Source of the DNA: Vicugna vicugna
Taxonomy: Eukaryota
NCBI GenBank assembly: GCA_013265495.1
Contig: MU058065.1
Location: 6,572,302-6,636,301, forward strand
Reading direction: 5' to 3'
Length of the DNA: 64,000 nucleotides
The notes below the pieces were generated by a model, which did no database searches, was not told the origin of the DNA, and was given only the letters and a program-made list of their open reading frames with translations. Of the stretch, positions 37,420 through 50,225 are shown in pieces; within the stretch, counting starts at the first letter, position 1; the number at the start of each line of letters is the position of its first letter. Both the position numbers and the translations under genes were made by a program.

Positions 37420-38700
37420 TACAGCAAATGGTACCATCATCCATCTAGTTGCTCAAGCAAAAAAAAAAAAAACTCCCTTGATATTTTTGTTTTACTTTAC
37501 ACTTCACATTCAGTCAGTCCATCACTAAGTCTAGTTTGCTGCACCTCCAAAACATATCCTGAATCCAGTCATTTATGAACATCTTCATAGCTACAGCTTT
37601 CGTCTTCCATCTCACCTGTGCCACTACAACTGATTTGTAATATTTCTCCCTTCACTCTTGCCCTGGTGTTAAGGACCTTCTTTCATGAACAAGGCAGCCA
37701 ATGTAATCTTTCTGAAGCATAAATCACAGTGTCACTCTTCTGCTTTAAACTTACTGTGACTTCCCATTATACTTAATCGAAACTTCTCACCATGGCCTAT
37801 CTTCACTCTCCCTCTCTTTCACTCTACTGTTTTAGCCATACTAGCTTTCTCTTTGTGTCCCTCAAATATACTAAGCTTATTCTCATCTCAGAGCCTTTGC
37901 ACTTAAGCTCCTTGAAGTCAAGGGCCATCTTACCTTAATTATCACTATATCCCCAGTTTCTACAGCAATACCTGGCACATAGTGGATTCTCAATAAATAT
38001 TCGGGACCCATCAGACTGACTGTCATGACTCAACTGAGGAGGGGAAGGAAGACAGCTAAGTAAGGTTTCACTGTTAGCCAGAGGAAGGGAAGAGTGTGTG
38101 CAAAGGCCCAGACTTGAGAAAGTCCATGGCATGTTAGCAGACCTGAAAAAGTTCAGAATGATCTACATGGTTGGGACATAGTGTGGAGATGGAAAAGCAA
38201 AAGATGAGACTAGAGCGTTATTCAGTCTCCAGTTTTTACATGACCTAAAGTCATGTTTAGGAGTTTGAACTTTTATTTCAAAAGCATTAGGAAGTTATTG
38301 AATAATTTTAAACAAAAAAGTATTTGATAAAGATTTATATTTGAAAAAATTCATTCCAGCTGCAGTGTAGTGCATAAATTAAAGAAGAACCAAAGTATCC
38401 TGTGAGACCTCTTCGTAAGTTATTGTAATAGTCCAGACCAAAAGTTGATGTTGCCCTAAACCAAGGGTTTGGCATTGAAAACCAAAACAATGGATGGATT
38501 CAAGAGATAGTTAGGAAATAATAATTCATCTGATATGAGGAGGTAAATGAAAAGAAGTCAAAATGATGCCCAGGTTTCTGTCTTTAAAAAAAAACTGTGA
38601 ACAGTGATCCCATTGACTGAAATATAGAATGTAGAAAAGGCGCAGCTTTCGTTTGGGGTAGGGGAAGAAGCATATGATATATTTAGTATAACAGTGTTGA
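37420..38700. mobile_element. L2 fragments in opposite orientations (37420-38000 sense, 38020-38700 antisense)
   Basis: AATACCTGGCACATAGTGGATTCTCAATAAATATT 3' end, then purine-rich antisense L2 text. Confidence 0.65.
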
Positions 38701-38973
38701 GTTTTAACAGTGGTTCCCCTCTGATTGTGCAAGGTCCTTAAAAGTGTGTTTTTATTTTATGGTCATATTTGTTCCTGTAGATCTTAAGTATTTTTTGTAT
38801 CCATCTGATAAATTTACGGTGAAGACAGATGTATATTGATTTTTAGCATCTCAAAGTAAACTTTCTTGCATCTGTTTTATATCACATCGATTAATTGTTA
38901 GTGTAATTCTAGGATTGTGTGAGGTACATTGGTACACTGAGTGCTAAAAATTATTAGTTAAGAAGAACTATAC

Positions 38974-39115
38974 ATAGAGGGGAGGCTAGAGTGCATGCCT
39001 AGCATGCATGAGGTCCTGGGTTCAATCTCTAGTACCTCCATTTAAATAAATAAATAAGTAAGTAAGTAAACCTAATTACCTCCCCCCAGAAAACAAATAA
39101 ATAAAATAAACATAA
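38974..39115 (+). mobile_element. Camelid-type SINE lacking its A box
   Basis: Perfect 14-bp TSD AAGAAGAACTATAC at 38960..38973 and 39116..39129; B box present. Confidence 0.9.
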
Positions 39116-39942
39116 AAGAAGAACTATACCTCTGTTACCTTTTTTTATGAGTATGTTTTGATAATAAAAGTAATAAAAACTCACCTTTTGCCCTGAAATA
39201 GTAGCTTCAACTTCCGAATTTTTCTTTCACTTGCAGTGCTCAGCACCAGCTAACTTTGAATGTCTCAGTTCCAAATTTACAGAAGTGATCTGATGGTTGA
39301 CTCAAGTATCCATTCCTGGCCCCGTAAGCTAAGGCCAAAGGGACAGGCAGGGTCAAATAGGCTTCAGAGCTGCCTGTTTCAGGCTATGGAAATGACTATT
39401 TCTCCTAGAATGGCGGAATGTAATTTTTTTTTAAACTAGGATCATACTGCTTTTTGCACTTAAGATAGCCTGAGTTTTTTTCCCTCTTTTGATGAATATT
39501 CAGAATTAGTTTTAATGGTAAATATTCTCTTGGCAATTCAATTAAAGAATAATGGCTAGTTGCTAATTTAGAATCTAAAACCAAGATACTGTAAGCTTCA
39601 GAGTCGTCTGTGCTATAGAAAAGTGTGTGTCGTTTACATGGTTAAAATGCAGTATTAGAGCAGGTAAAGAGCATATACTCATTTTAAAACAGTCCTTATG
39701 GAATGAATCTGTAAAGGTAATTCTTGATGACCAGTTAAATTTTTTTTATGAGAACTTTCTTTATTTGCTAAGATGAAAATTTTTGCTTTGGTAAGTGAGA
39801 GGGAGGGAGGGTCCTTCCTCTTCTCCCTGAATTAAAAAGTATAATGATATTTAAATAACCAGAACAAAATTATGCCCCTACTGCTTATTCCAGCTAGCTA
39901 TAATCTAGAGATTGAGAATGAACAAAAGGAAATGAAAGGTTA

Positions 39943-40073
39943 GGTGGGGAGATTATAGCTCAGTGGTAGAAGTGCATGCATAGCATGCACAAGGTCCAGG
40001 GTTCAATCCCTAGTATGTCAATTAAAAAAATAAATAAACCTAATTATACACCCCCCAAAACAAAAAAAAAAAA
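39943..40073 (+). mobile_element. Camelid-type tRNA-derived SINE
   Basis: A/B boxes and poly-A tail; TSD GAAAG(G/T)TTA at 39934..39942 and 40074..40082. Confidence 0.88.
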
Positions 40074-40435
40074 GAAAGTTTAATCTTTTTCTTATCTCCC
40101 TGGATGAATGTTTTAAACATGTGTTGTCATGTGCTTGTATGGTACATGAGGTGTTTATTACATATTTTATGTAACTCTTTTGACTTAGAATATGTATAAG
40201 ACTCATTTGATTATTAATATGAAAACACACTTCACTTGACATACAATGTAATAAATGGGAAAATCTCAATAATTAATAATTCTAGCCTAATTTTTACTTC
40301 ATTTATGCTAAACAATACTTTATTCCTAGTACTTGGTCATGTGACATGACCTGTGAATATGGCTATTTATTCTTCTCCATCCTTAACCATAGTGCTTCTG
40401 ATGATCGGTTAAACTTCAGAATCATTGCTGTAGAT

Positions 40436-40650
40436 TAGTGGTTCTCAACCAAGGGCAGTTTTGTCCCCCAGGGGACATTTGACAATGTCACTTTTGGTTG
40501 TCACACCTGGGGAGGGCAGGTTGCTACTGGCATCTGGTAGGTAGAGGCCAGAAATGTTGCTAAACAGTATGCAATGTACAGCTCCTCTCCCCACAAAACC
40601 AAAAAATTGTCCCACCCAAAATGTCAGTAGTGCTGAGATTGAGAACCCTG
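40436..40650. mobile_element. MER20-like hAT DNA transposon
   Basis: AGTGGTTCTCAACC...CCCCAGGGGACATTTGACAATGTC...CTACTGGCATCTGGTAGGTAGAGGCCAG...TTGAGAACCCTG. Confidence 0.85.
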
Positions 40651-40802
40651 ATCTAGAAATAGTAAGATGAGATTGTACATCCCAAACACGTTATGTCTGA
40701 GATTACAATACATTACTCTCCGAACAGTAGATGTCACTCTAGTCCAGAGATTTCAGTTTATTAGAGAGGATTTCCCAGTTATGTTATGTTCTGCTTCCTC
40801 AG

Positions 40803-40969
40803 ATCCTGCCAGTTTTACGGAGATAACTAAAGATTGTGATGAGAATAAAGAAAATAAAACTCCGGAAGTTTCTCAAGGAGAGGTTGATTGGCTCCAGCAG
40901 TATGATATGGAGCGTGAAAGGGAGGAACAAGAGCTTCAGCAGGCATTGGCTCAGAGCCTTCAGGAGCAA
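40803..40969 (+). CDS. USP37: USP37 coding exon with KEN box (40847..40855) and UIM2 (REEQELQQALAQSLQEQ)
   Basis: AG/GTAAGA boundaries, 167 nt. Confidence 0.96.
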
Positions 40970-41655
40970 GTAAGAGATATTTATATTGCCACTTTCTCCA
41001 TACCAATCTTTCCTATAGAACAGTAATAATAATCATTTGTTAAGCACTTACTATGAATCAGGCATTGTTCCCAATGATTTACATAAAGTAAATCATTGAC
41101 CCACTAAAACAAACAAACAAAAACTTGTTTGGGGCTTCTGCCTTGGGTTTGAAACAGAAACATTGATCGTTTTTCTTTTTTAAAAAATCCAAATGCAACA
41201 AAATGTTTTTTTGGTTACCTCCTATTACTGTAATTTATTGCCCGCTAAAGCAGGATAGGTTATTAGAGATCATCCCTAGTCCAACTTTATTTTGCAGGCT
41301 GTTGAAACAGCCAGTATACTATTATGATTTTATCATCAGTATTTTAAGGCAAAGTATTTGTTTGGTCATTTTCTTACAGTATGAATCCTTGCCTGTGAAT
41401 TATTTAAACATAAAATTCTCAGGAATGTTATCTGAGTATTATCTAAAATTTTAGATTTTAATGGTAGACTAGCATTTATCTATTCTTTTCTTTGTGTAGT
41501 AATCTATTCTTCAATTTTTAGTTCTTTATACTCATTTTTGCCAAAACTTGTTGATTTGCATTGTTGCAGTCACCTATGATACCTGTCTAAAAGGTGATGT
41601 TTTCATGGTTGTCTGATCCTCAGCAATCTCAGTCATGTTAGTAATAAAAATTTAC

Positions 41656-41725
41656 TTCAATATCCAGTACCTCTATTAAAATAAATAAATAAAAACCTAA
41701 TTACCTCTCCCCAACCCTTCCCCTC
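41656..41725 (+). mobile_element. 5'-truncated camelid-type SINE
   Basis: TTCAATATCCAGTACCTCTATTAAAATAAATAAATAAAAACCTAATTACCTC; perfect TSD AAAAATTTAC at 41646..41655 and 41726..41735. Confidence 0.8.
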
Positions 41726-41809
41726 AAAAATTTACCAAGACTCCCTAGAATGAATGCTCAGTTTTAATGTTTGCAAATAATCATACTAAGAAATCTAATG
41801 TCACTAGAA

Positions 41810-42025
41810 TATTAGGTTTCAATTTTAATGGCACATTAATATTATCTGGGGAGCTTTTAAAAAAATACTGATGCCTGGATTATTCTGCCCCTCAGAAATT
41901 CTGACATAATTGATCTGGGGTGTGGTCTGCACATCTAGATTTCTTTTATTCTTTTTTTTTTTTAATAAGAATTTTGAAAACTTACTGCAGTGATTCTAAT
42001 GTGTGGCCAAGGTTGAGAATTGCTG
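41810..42025. mobile_element. MER5-like hAT element
   Basis: CTGGGGAGCTTTTAAAAAAATACTGATGCCTGG...GTGATTCTAATGTGTGGCCAAGGTTGAGAA. Confidence 0.7.
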
Positions 42026-42900
42026 CTTTAAAACCATTTCAGAACTAGCTGTTCTGTATTCTTTTATTTATTAAAAGTACCTCTCTAGCTGCCTCGTCAT
42101 GTATATGTCAAACTACTTTACAAATAATATTACAGTAATCATTTGTTTAAGAAAACCTACTTTTAGTAGAGAAGACCACAGTTTGATTTTTAACAACAGT
42201 TCCTTATAGCACAGAAAAAGAAAAAATCCAGCAACCATGCTTTTCATAGACAAAAGACATACTCTTTTTATTGTCAGCTGACCCAGTTAAAACTATCCTG
42301 TTTTTTTCCAGTATGAGAATAGGATTATAAGGTGAAGTTTCTTTAATTTGGTATACCCGCATCATTCTATTAATTACTAAAAGAGAGTTCTTTACCCTCT
42401 GGTTTCAGCATAGACTTTATATACTTGCATAAATTTAAGTAATCATATTTCCTTTTAGAGAATACCTCTGTTACTTCCTTGAACACAGTATTATTGCTCT
42501 CAGGACTATAATGCAGAATAATTCATTCTAAGCTCTGCTTATATATTTTAGTAACTTTAAAAACAAGTCTAGAATTGAGAAAAGTATAAAACAATTCTGC
42601 TTAAATTATTTTTTCTTGATTTTTGCATCCTTTGTAAACTATCTTTTCTCTGAAGATGAGAGGGAAATTTTTTTATAGTCAGCATTTTCCTAGTCCTTTT
42701 TGTAATTAATTAGTCAGTTAATTGAAACATTTTCAGAGGTATTATTTTCTCTAAGAAAACCTCAGCTATATTCAAAAAGTAACAGTCAACAGCATTCAGT
42801 TAGTATTTGCCAAGTTTCTAATGTCTTGGTTTCTTTAGCAAGAATAAAAATAGAAATCTATGAATATGTTGTAGAAATGTTCATCTTGCTGTCATAGGGT

Positions 42901-43090
42901 CAGTGATGTGCTAGAGCCAGCTCCCTGTCAGCTTAGGAGAGCCCACTATACATACCTCTTCCCAACTCTGCATTCAGAGTCATTTAGGTAGCTAAAAATT
43001 GGCCATGGTGGGAGTATTTATTCCAAGAAACTTGGCAAATCTTGTAATTCAAGGGAAAGGAAAGAGAGCTGTTTGAAGTATCTGCTATGT
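42901..43090. mobile_element. MER63-like hAT-Blackjack element
   Basis: CAGTGATGTGCTAGAGCCAGCTC...CTCTTCCCAACTCTGCATTCAG...GGCCATGGTGGGAGTATTTA. Confidence 0.75.
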
Positions 43091-43399
43091 TCCAAATATT
43101 TCATACATGTAAGAAGAAAAGGAATTGCATCATAATGTCACATTCAGTGGCTTTTGGTTGGCAAGCCAAAAGTCACTAACTATAAAAGAGAGAGCATTTA
43201 AGCCCCAAGTTTGTGTTTTAGGAGGAAAGTGTTGGAAAGAGTAAAGAACTCCTCATTCCTCAAAAGGTCATATTCCAAACATCCATAAAGTTACAGAAAA
43301 CATTATTAGCAAATACTTTCAGAGCAGCTGATTTTATCCTCATTAAATAAGTTTAATCAATACCTCTTTAAATGGTTTAGTTTGTTCTTATCCTTTTAG

Positions 43400-43460
43400 G
43401 AGGCTTGGGAACAGAAAGAAGATGATGACCTCAAAAGAGCTACAGAGTTAAGTCTTCAAG
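43400..43460 (+). CDS. USP37: USP37 coding exon with UIM3 (EAWEQKEDDDLKRATELSLQ)
   Basis: AG/GT boundaries, 61 nt; UIM consensus. Confidence 0.95.
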
Positions 43461-44379
43461 GTATGGAGATTATTTTAATTAACTTTTTAATACAGTGAGA
43501 TGTATCACATAGAAGAACGTATAAAATGTGTTAGTTATTTTTAATGACAATAACAAATTTGAACACTTCCCAGGTAAAGAAATAGAACCTTAAAAGTTAA
43601 CCTGTATACCCCTCCTTTTCCCTCCCTCGCAGAAGAGACCACCTATCTAACATTTGTGTTCATCATTAGCTTGCCTTTTTTAAAAAATAATTTTTCCATC
43701 TATATTCATATCCATAAACAATATTTTTTTTTAATTTTGAAAATTAAATAGCAAGAATAGTGTGTCTGTAATCCATCTGTATGAAAAAGGAGTACTGCCA
43801 CTGTTAAACTCCTAGGAGAAGATAATGTGGCTTCAGTTTCCCTGTGAATTTATAACACTCACTCTGGGAAAGTCAGTGGGCAAAGTCATGAATGAGTATT
43901 CAGAAGCATAAGGTTCACCATAATCATGGCATTTAGCAGAACTAATATATGGACCAGGTGCTGGAAGTCCACCAGGACAGGCAGTCATGCGAAGTGGACT
44001 AATTCTGTATTTTCTAAGATCACTGTGGTCTTTCTCTGGCCCTCAGAAATAGGTTAAAGCAGAACAGTTTGGTATAAAATGAGTGTTCTAGACTGATCTA
44101 GACACCAAAGACGTGGTGGAAAGAGCAAGAATTTCACTGGCAAATGGTTGAGACAAATAAGAATTCAAGCTAGGCTCTCCTAAGCATTCCGTCCTCAGGT
44201 TTAAAAGATGGTACAATGATGGCGATGATGGCTTTCTCAAGTCATAATTGCTACAATCTGGACTGGTTGCCCCTGCATCCATGCACAGATATCCTGAGAT
44301 CTCCCTAACCATTCTCCAGAGAATCTCTCTCTGATTCTCTCTTTTGTTTGAATCTCCCATTTCCTCTCTCTCTCTCTTT

Positions 44380-45910
44380 GTCTACTTACGCTTTGATGGA
44401 GAACATTCCCAGTAGTTTTCTTGAAAAAGAGATGTGACTTATATTTTTGGGAGACCTTACAAGTTTTATTCTGCCCTGGTATTTGATAATTTGGCTACAT
44501 ATAGATTCTGGGTTTACAATCATTGTGAAAACATTGTTTCTCCCCAACTTCATGCTGCTGGACAATGACAAAAGTCTTGTTTGCTGGGTTGCTGTATGAG
44601 AAGTCTAAAGTTGTTCTTTATCCTGATGTGACCTCTATTCTTCTGAAAGCTTGTAGGATCTTCTCTGTTTCTATTGTGATGAAGTTTTATAGTGATGTGC
44701 CTTGATGTGGGTCTGTTTCATCCATTTTTGCTCGGCATTTAGTGGATCATTTTAATCCAGAAACTTGTGTCCTTCAATTCTAAGAAATTTTCACTGATTG
44801 CTCTTTTTGAAACTCCTATTATCTAGACATCCTAGTCTGGTCCTCTTAATTTTCTCATCTCTTTTCTCCAATTTTTTTTATTTTACTCTACTGTTTGGGA
44901 AGTTTCTCCAACCTTATCTCTAACTCCAAACCTTTTTTTGAGTGTTTTATTTCTATCATATTTCTAATTTTCAAGAACTGGTTTTGTGAATGTTTCTTTT
45001 TTATAAGATTTTGTGATGGGGGTGGTTCATGGAAGCAATACCATCTCAACTGTCAGAGAATATTAAATATAGTTCATTTGTTTGTTTATTTGAAGTTTTC
45101 TTCTGCCTGAATACATTCTGTTTCCTCCAGATTGCTCTGTCCTGTGTGTTTATTATAGTCTTTATACTCCTTATTAAAGGATTTCCTCAGTTATCCAGTA
45201 ATCCTTGGCTGTCAGCTCATGATTAAGAGTAGGGAACTAAAAAAGATGATAGGAAGCTCTGAGTACATGAATAGCTAGAGCTTGTCAGCTTTGAGTTTTA
45301 CAGGTTGGGACTGTTTGGGGGATGATCTTAATATTTTAGGCCTTTCCCTGGGGCTAATATTCCTAAAGAAAGTTTTCTGGTCTCTTGCCTTGCCTAAAAG
45401 TAAAGGATGTGGCTGCCAGAGTTTTGGGAGCCAAGTGTGCGAATAGGGCTGGGAGTCAGGGTGGGAGTTATACTCATCTTTCAATATGCAAACTGTCGCC
45501 TACTCCCCTGTTTTCAGTATGGTACTCTCCCATGCATGGCATCCCCCCAATCCAGAGACTGTTTTACTAACTCTCCAGAGAATAAGGCTCTAGACTTCTG
45601 TCATTGCCCAGCAGTATGAAGTAGTGGAAAGTGGATCTAGGAATCTGTAACTCAGTTTTCACTTAATCCTAATTTTTATCCCCTCCTTTTCCTCCAGTTT
45701 GAAAGATATCTGGTACTTCCAAGTTGTATGTTTTTTGAAGACTGTGATACAAATTGGATTGGTTCTCAACTTTTCCATTACTGGCTTAGGTTTTGACTTT
45801 GGCTTTCTTAGGTCTGCTAACTCAATCACCCATCTACGCTCGAGCTTCCAAAATTTTGGTGCTACAGTCTCTTCCTGTTCTTCCCAATCTTAAGTGTTCA
45901 TGTCTTTTAA
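44380..45910 (-). mobile_element. Old L1/HAL1-like 5' region, antisense
   Basis: T-rich antisense ORF1-like sequence (GAGAAGTCTAAAG...TGATGTGCCTTGATGTGGGTCT). Confidence 0.55.
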
Positions 45911-46480
45911 ACAACTCTATAAAGCAAAAACCATTTATGTACAAATGCTCTGGGATTCTTTATTTAAAGCCAGTTGTAGAGATGGATTCTTCTTCCAGTG
46001 AAAACACATTATTAAAGAGAAAAATGGATCTTGGATTATTTGTTAAGTGTATTTTAGGTTAAACTTAAGAGTTAAAGATTGTATTTCTATTATTTTTGTT
46101 AAATTTCAAAAAATGACTTAATATTGAAGAAAATGAAAGGATACTGACTTTTTAATGGTCTCTTTTCTGTGAGATAATTTATGTTTACTGGTGGTACCTA
46201 CAATATGCACCAAGTACTTCAAATGTAACATAGTTTATATAATGTGTAATTTAGCAAAATTGGATTATATGTAAAATTTTTATTCTTTTTCAGTTTTATT
46301 CCTTTCTTATGAGAGTATTGTCTCCTTTCATATAAATACATATAAATCAAAAAGCAACATTTCTTTTACAGATACCTAGTGTCTGAATTGTTATTCCCCA
46401 GAGTGGGCTGGGTGAATTGAAACTCTAATAATGATATGTTTCACGTTTTCTTAGGATGATAAAATGTGTACCTCAAGCTG

Positions 46481-46638
46481 CTTTTTTGTTGTTGTTGTTG
46501 TTTTTAATTTATTTTTTGAATTTTGTTGGGGGGGTGGGTAATTTGGTTCATTTATTTTTTAATGGAGGTACTGAGGATTGAACCCAGGAGTTCTTGAGTG
46601 CTAGGCATGCACTCTACCACTGAACTATACCCTTCCTC
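46481..46638 (-). mobile_element. Camelid-type tRNA-derived SINE, antisense
   Basis: Reverse A/B boxes; TSD CCTCAAGCTG at 46471..46480 and 46639..46648. Confidence 0.9.
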
Positions 46639-46725
46639 CCTCAAGCTGTTTTTTTAATCTTCCCCAGATATTTCTCTGTGTCTGCTCCAAGAACTTTTAC
46701 AAAACTTTGTCTTTATGTTCTTCAG

Positions 46726-46841
46726 AGTTTAACAACTCTTTTCTGGATTCATTGGGCTCTGATGAGGACTCTGGAAATGAGGATGTTTTAGATATGGAGT
46801 ATACAGAAGCTGAAGCTGAGGAACTTAAAAGAAATGCTGAG
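46726..46841 (+). CDS. USP37: USP37 coding exon with DSGNE degron (46767..46781)
   Basis: FNNSFLDSLGSDEDSGNEDVLDMEYTEAEAEELKRNAE; AG/GT boundaries, 116 nt; the Ser falls at 858 in human numbering. Confidence 0.95.
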
Positions 46842-47575
46842 GTGGGTGATGTTTTATTCCCTTCGTAGAACTGGTCAGATTGTCAGTATTACTCCTCCTG
46901 CCCCTTATCTTCAAAGGCCACAGTGCCAGTGTCCATTGCAGGTTAATTTCTGCCCCTTTGGCAACTATCAAATGGTCTTCACTTTCTCTTGGCCTTTGCA
47001 TCTTATTTCTTACACACAGATTCAAAATAAAATGAAATAAAGCCAAATATGTTGTGATCACCTTATGTGCATGCATGTTAGATAATAACTGAGTAATAGC
47101 TCTCAAAGTCGTATGTATATTAAATCACCTTTAGTTCTGCGAAAACCTATATTATCTTTATGGTTAAATACCAAAACTGGTTGACTGTTACTCAGTAAAA
47201 ACTGTTGAATTAGTGACATTAGCTAGAGCACTTGGAATCCTTCTTTACCGTTTTTCCCCCTAAATAATTGCTTTTCCCATTTTCCAATTTTTTTGTTATT
47301 TTAATTACCCAGTATTCCACTGTTCTAACACAACTGCTATTAGCATTTTGATATATTCTTTTGTCATCCCTACCCTCAAAGTACCCCAGGTATGCTTTTA
47401 CAAAATCATAGATTAAGTAGTTTTTATCTTGCTTGTTAAAAGACTATAAGCATTTTATTTTTAATGGCTATACTATATTCCACCAATGAGCACACTGTTT
47501 ATTTTATTATATTTTTAAATAACATTGAGCATTTAAGTTAACTTCTCTTTTTTCATTATAATAAATAATATATCG

Positions 47576-47750
47576 CAGCAAGGAAATACTGTATAGCACA
47601 GGGAACTATATTCAATATCTTGTAATAACCTATAATGGAAAATAACCTGAAAAAAATATAAATGTATATATGTATAACTGAATCACTTTGCTATACACCT
47701 GAAACACTGTAAATCAACTTTGCTTCAATAATGAAATAAATAAAATAAAA
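47576..47750 (+). mobile_element. Short L1 3' end of cetartiodactyl type
   Basis: TACTGTATAGCACAGGGAACTATATTCAATATCTTGTAATAACCTATAATGGAAAA; 17-bp TSD TAATAAAT(A/T)ATATATCG at 47559..47575 and 47751..47767. Confidence 0.85.
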
Positions 47751-48520
47751 TAATAAATTATATATCGAGGAACTCTTGTGTGATTGTATACATGTTTTCT
47801 ATATTTAGGATTTTCTTCTTTAAGTAAAGCCCGAGAAATAAGTTACTACATCAAAGTTTCTGAACATTTTAATGGTTTCACACTTACCTGTAGCTATATT
47901 TCTTCCAAAATTGTATCTTTTAGTGCTCCCTGCAGTGTATGAGTATCACTTTTCACTTTTGTTTTATTCTTCTATTAACAGTATTTTCATAGCATTTTTT
48001 AAAATATTTAAAATGTAAAAGTTCACCCATAATCCCTACAGCAACACAGCAACTCTTCATTTTTTTTCATTGTTTTCCAGTACTTAACTGTTAACATACC
48101 TATTTTTGTAGAGCTGTAGTTACGTATGTTCATGTGGTTTTGAAAAACAAATTAACATGTTGCTGACCCACACATCTTTTAATAACTGAATAATGTATTC
48201 AGTTGATATATTAGTAACCATTTAACTATTATTGGGCCTTTTGTTCCAGCTTTTCATTATTATAGAAAATAACTACAGTGAATAATTTTATGCATATATA
48301 ACCTTCTTTTGAATTATTTTCTTAGGAAATTCTTGAATTCTTAGTTAGGAGTAGAACTCAGGTCAAAGGATGTGAACAATACCAACCACTCGGGTTTTTA
48401 TTGAGTCTGACTACACACACACTGAAACTTAGCCATGTCAATTTTAATAATAAATTTAAATTTAGTGTTTGCTTTTATTCAAATGAAGAGTTAAAATTCA
48501 TGTCCACTTTTATTTTCCAG

Positions 48521-48590
48521 ATAGGAAATCTTCCTCATTCCTATCGGCTCATCAGTGTTGTCAGTCACATTGGTAGCACTTCTTCTTCAG
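48521..48590 (+). CDS. USP37: USP37 coding exon (IGNLPHSYRLISVVSHIGSTSSS), first half of the His box
   Basis: YxLxxVVxHxG motif; AG/GT boundaries, 70 nt. Confidence 0.96.
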
Positions 48591-48857
48591 GTAAATGGAC
48601 ATCAGGTTTTCAGCATTTTGTAAATGGAGTAGCCAGTGTTTACTCTTTGTTGGGTTGCTCTGAGCCTAGCTTTGTGAGGTATAAGTTGAACGCATCAAGA
48701 AAAACTTTGAAATCTTTTCTTTGTACAAACTAAATGTGAATTGTGTTAATGGGTGTTTTGATTTTTCTATTCATAAATGACTCAAAATCCCCTAAACAAA
48801 ATAATATATTTATCAGAAAGGTTGTCCCAGTATAGTATATCCCTCCCTTAAATTTCT

Positions 48858-49021
48858 AGGGGTTTTTTGTTTGTTTTTTGTTGGGTTTTGTTTTGTTTGG
48901 GGGTTTTTTTTTTGCTAATTTTTTTTCAAGGTGGGGGAAGGAATTAAGTTTTTTTTAATGGTGGTACCCAGAATCTCATGCATGCTAAGAACATGCTGCC
49001 ACTGAGCTATACCCTTGCCCC
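48858..49021 (-). mobile_element. Camelid-type SINE, antisense, with B-box deletion
   Basis: CCACTGAGCTATACCC end; TSD TAAATTTCT at 48849..48857 and 49022..49030. Confidence 0.85.
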
Positions 49022-49169
49022 TAAATTTCTGTAATTTTTTAAATGGGTTTTAAAACCTTGAGTAATGTAAAATGGCATGGGTGTATCTCATTCTGAAACT
49101 TCCTGTACCTGAGAAAAATCCAATAATGTTTTTTAAAAAGCCTTCATTTTAAGATTTTATTTATTTCAG

Positions 49170-49308
49170 GTCATTACATTAGTGATGTGTTCGACATTAA
49201 GAAGCAGGCTTGGTTTACTTATAATGACCTAGAGGTATCTAAAATCCAAGAGGCTTCCGTGCAAAGTGATCGGGATCGGAGTGGTTACATCTTCTTTTAT
49301 ATGCACAA
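49170..49308 (+). CDS. USP37: USP37 coding exon with catalytic His (49172..49174): GHYISDVFDIKKQAWFTYND...GYIFFYMHK
   Basis: GHY, WFxYND and YIFFY USP motifs; AG/GTAAGA boundaries, 139 nt. Confidence 0.97.
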
Positions 49309-49867
49309 GTAAGAAACTTTGCTGGATCTGAAGTCATAGGCTAAAAATCACTTGAACTCTTTCTTTTTCCTTTAAGGATAAAATGTTCCCATCAGTTAAT
49401 TGGTTTACAATTTTTTATTTTTTTTTAATCGTTGCTTACGGCTAGTGTCTTGATACTACCTTGGAAGTCCAAAATATTTTCTTTTAACTCAGCATTAATT
49501 ACTCATCACACACTGACATCTAGGTATGGAACTTAAGACTGTTTATGATTGAAGTTGTCCTATTGTAAATCTTTTTGGTCTTCCAGTGTTACCACCTAGA
49601 AGATATAAGTCATATGGATGGGAACTCCATAGCATTTCTATCAAAGCTAGCTATTGCCATCCCCCTCCCCACGCCGCCCCAAGGTGTTCTCAAAAATCAG
49701 CACATAGGGATGAGGTGGTGATAAAATGAATGAACTGCTTATTTAATAAAATTTAGGCTCTACGTGGGATTAGGCAGACTTTATTATTATCTGGTTTTTG
49801 TTTATCTTTTGTCTTTGGTCACTGAATTTCATGGGTTTTTTTGTTCGTTTGTTTGCTTTATTTGAAG

Positions 49868-49955
49868 GGAGATCTTTGATGAGCTGCTGGAAACGGAAAA
49901 GAACTCTCAGGCACTTAGCATGGAAGTGGGGAAGACCACTCGTCAGGCTTCATGA
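49868..49955 (+). CDS. USP37: USP37 terminal coding exon (EIFDELLETEKNSQALSMEVGKTTRQAS*)
   Basis: AG acceptor and TGA at 49953..49955; the count ends at residue 979 with the Cys set to 350, matching the human length as I recall it. Confidence 0.94.
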
Positions 49956-50225
49956 GGAACAGACTCCTGGGTTGGCAGTGTGCACTGCGATTCTCTCTTA
50001 CTGCCACCCACCTCTCTTTCCTCTGCCCGAGGAGAATTTGGAACTCTACTTGATGCGGGAGCAACAAACAGCTCAGGGCCAAACCAAAAGATGAAAATTG
50101 CAATTATGTGGAACGCTCCATATTAACTGTTTTATGGAAACCTTGGTCTCACATCTGTAGCTGATTATCTTTTTTTTCTCCTTTGAGAGTGGCACTTCCT
50201 TTTGTCTTAGGAATACATGTTGTAA

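Noticed and set aside
48518..48524. Tandem acceptor CAG/ATAG
   Set aside because: A 4-nt shift would break the His box; no evidence of use.
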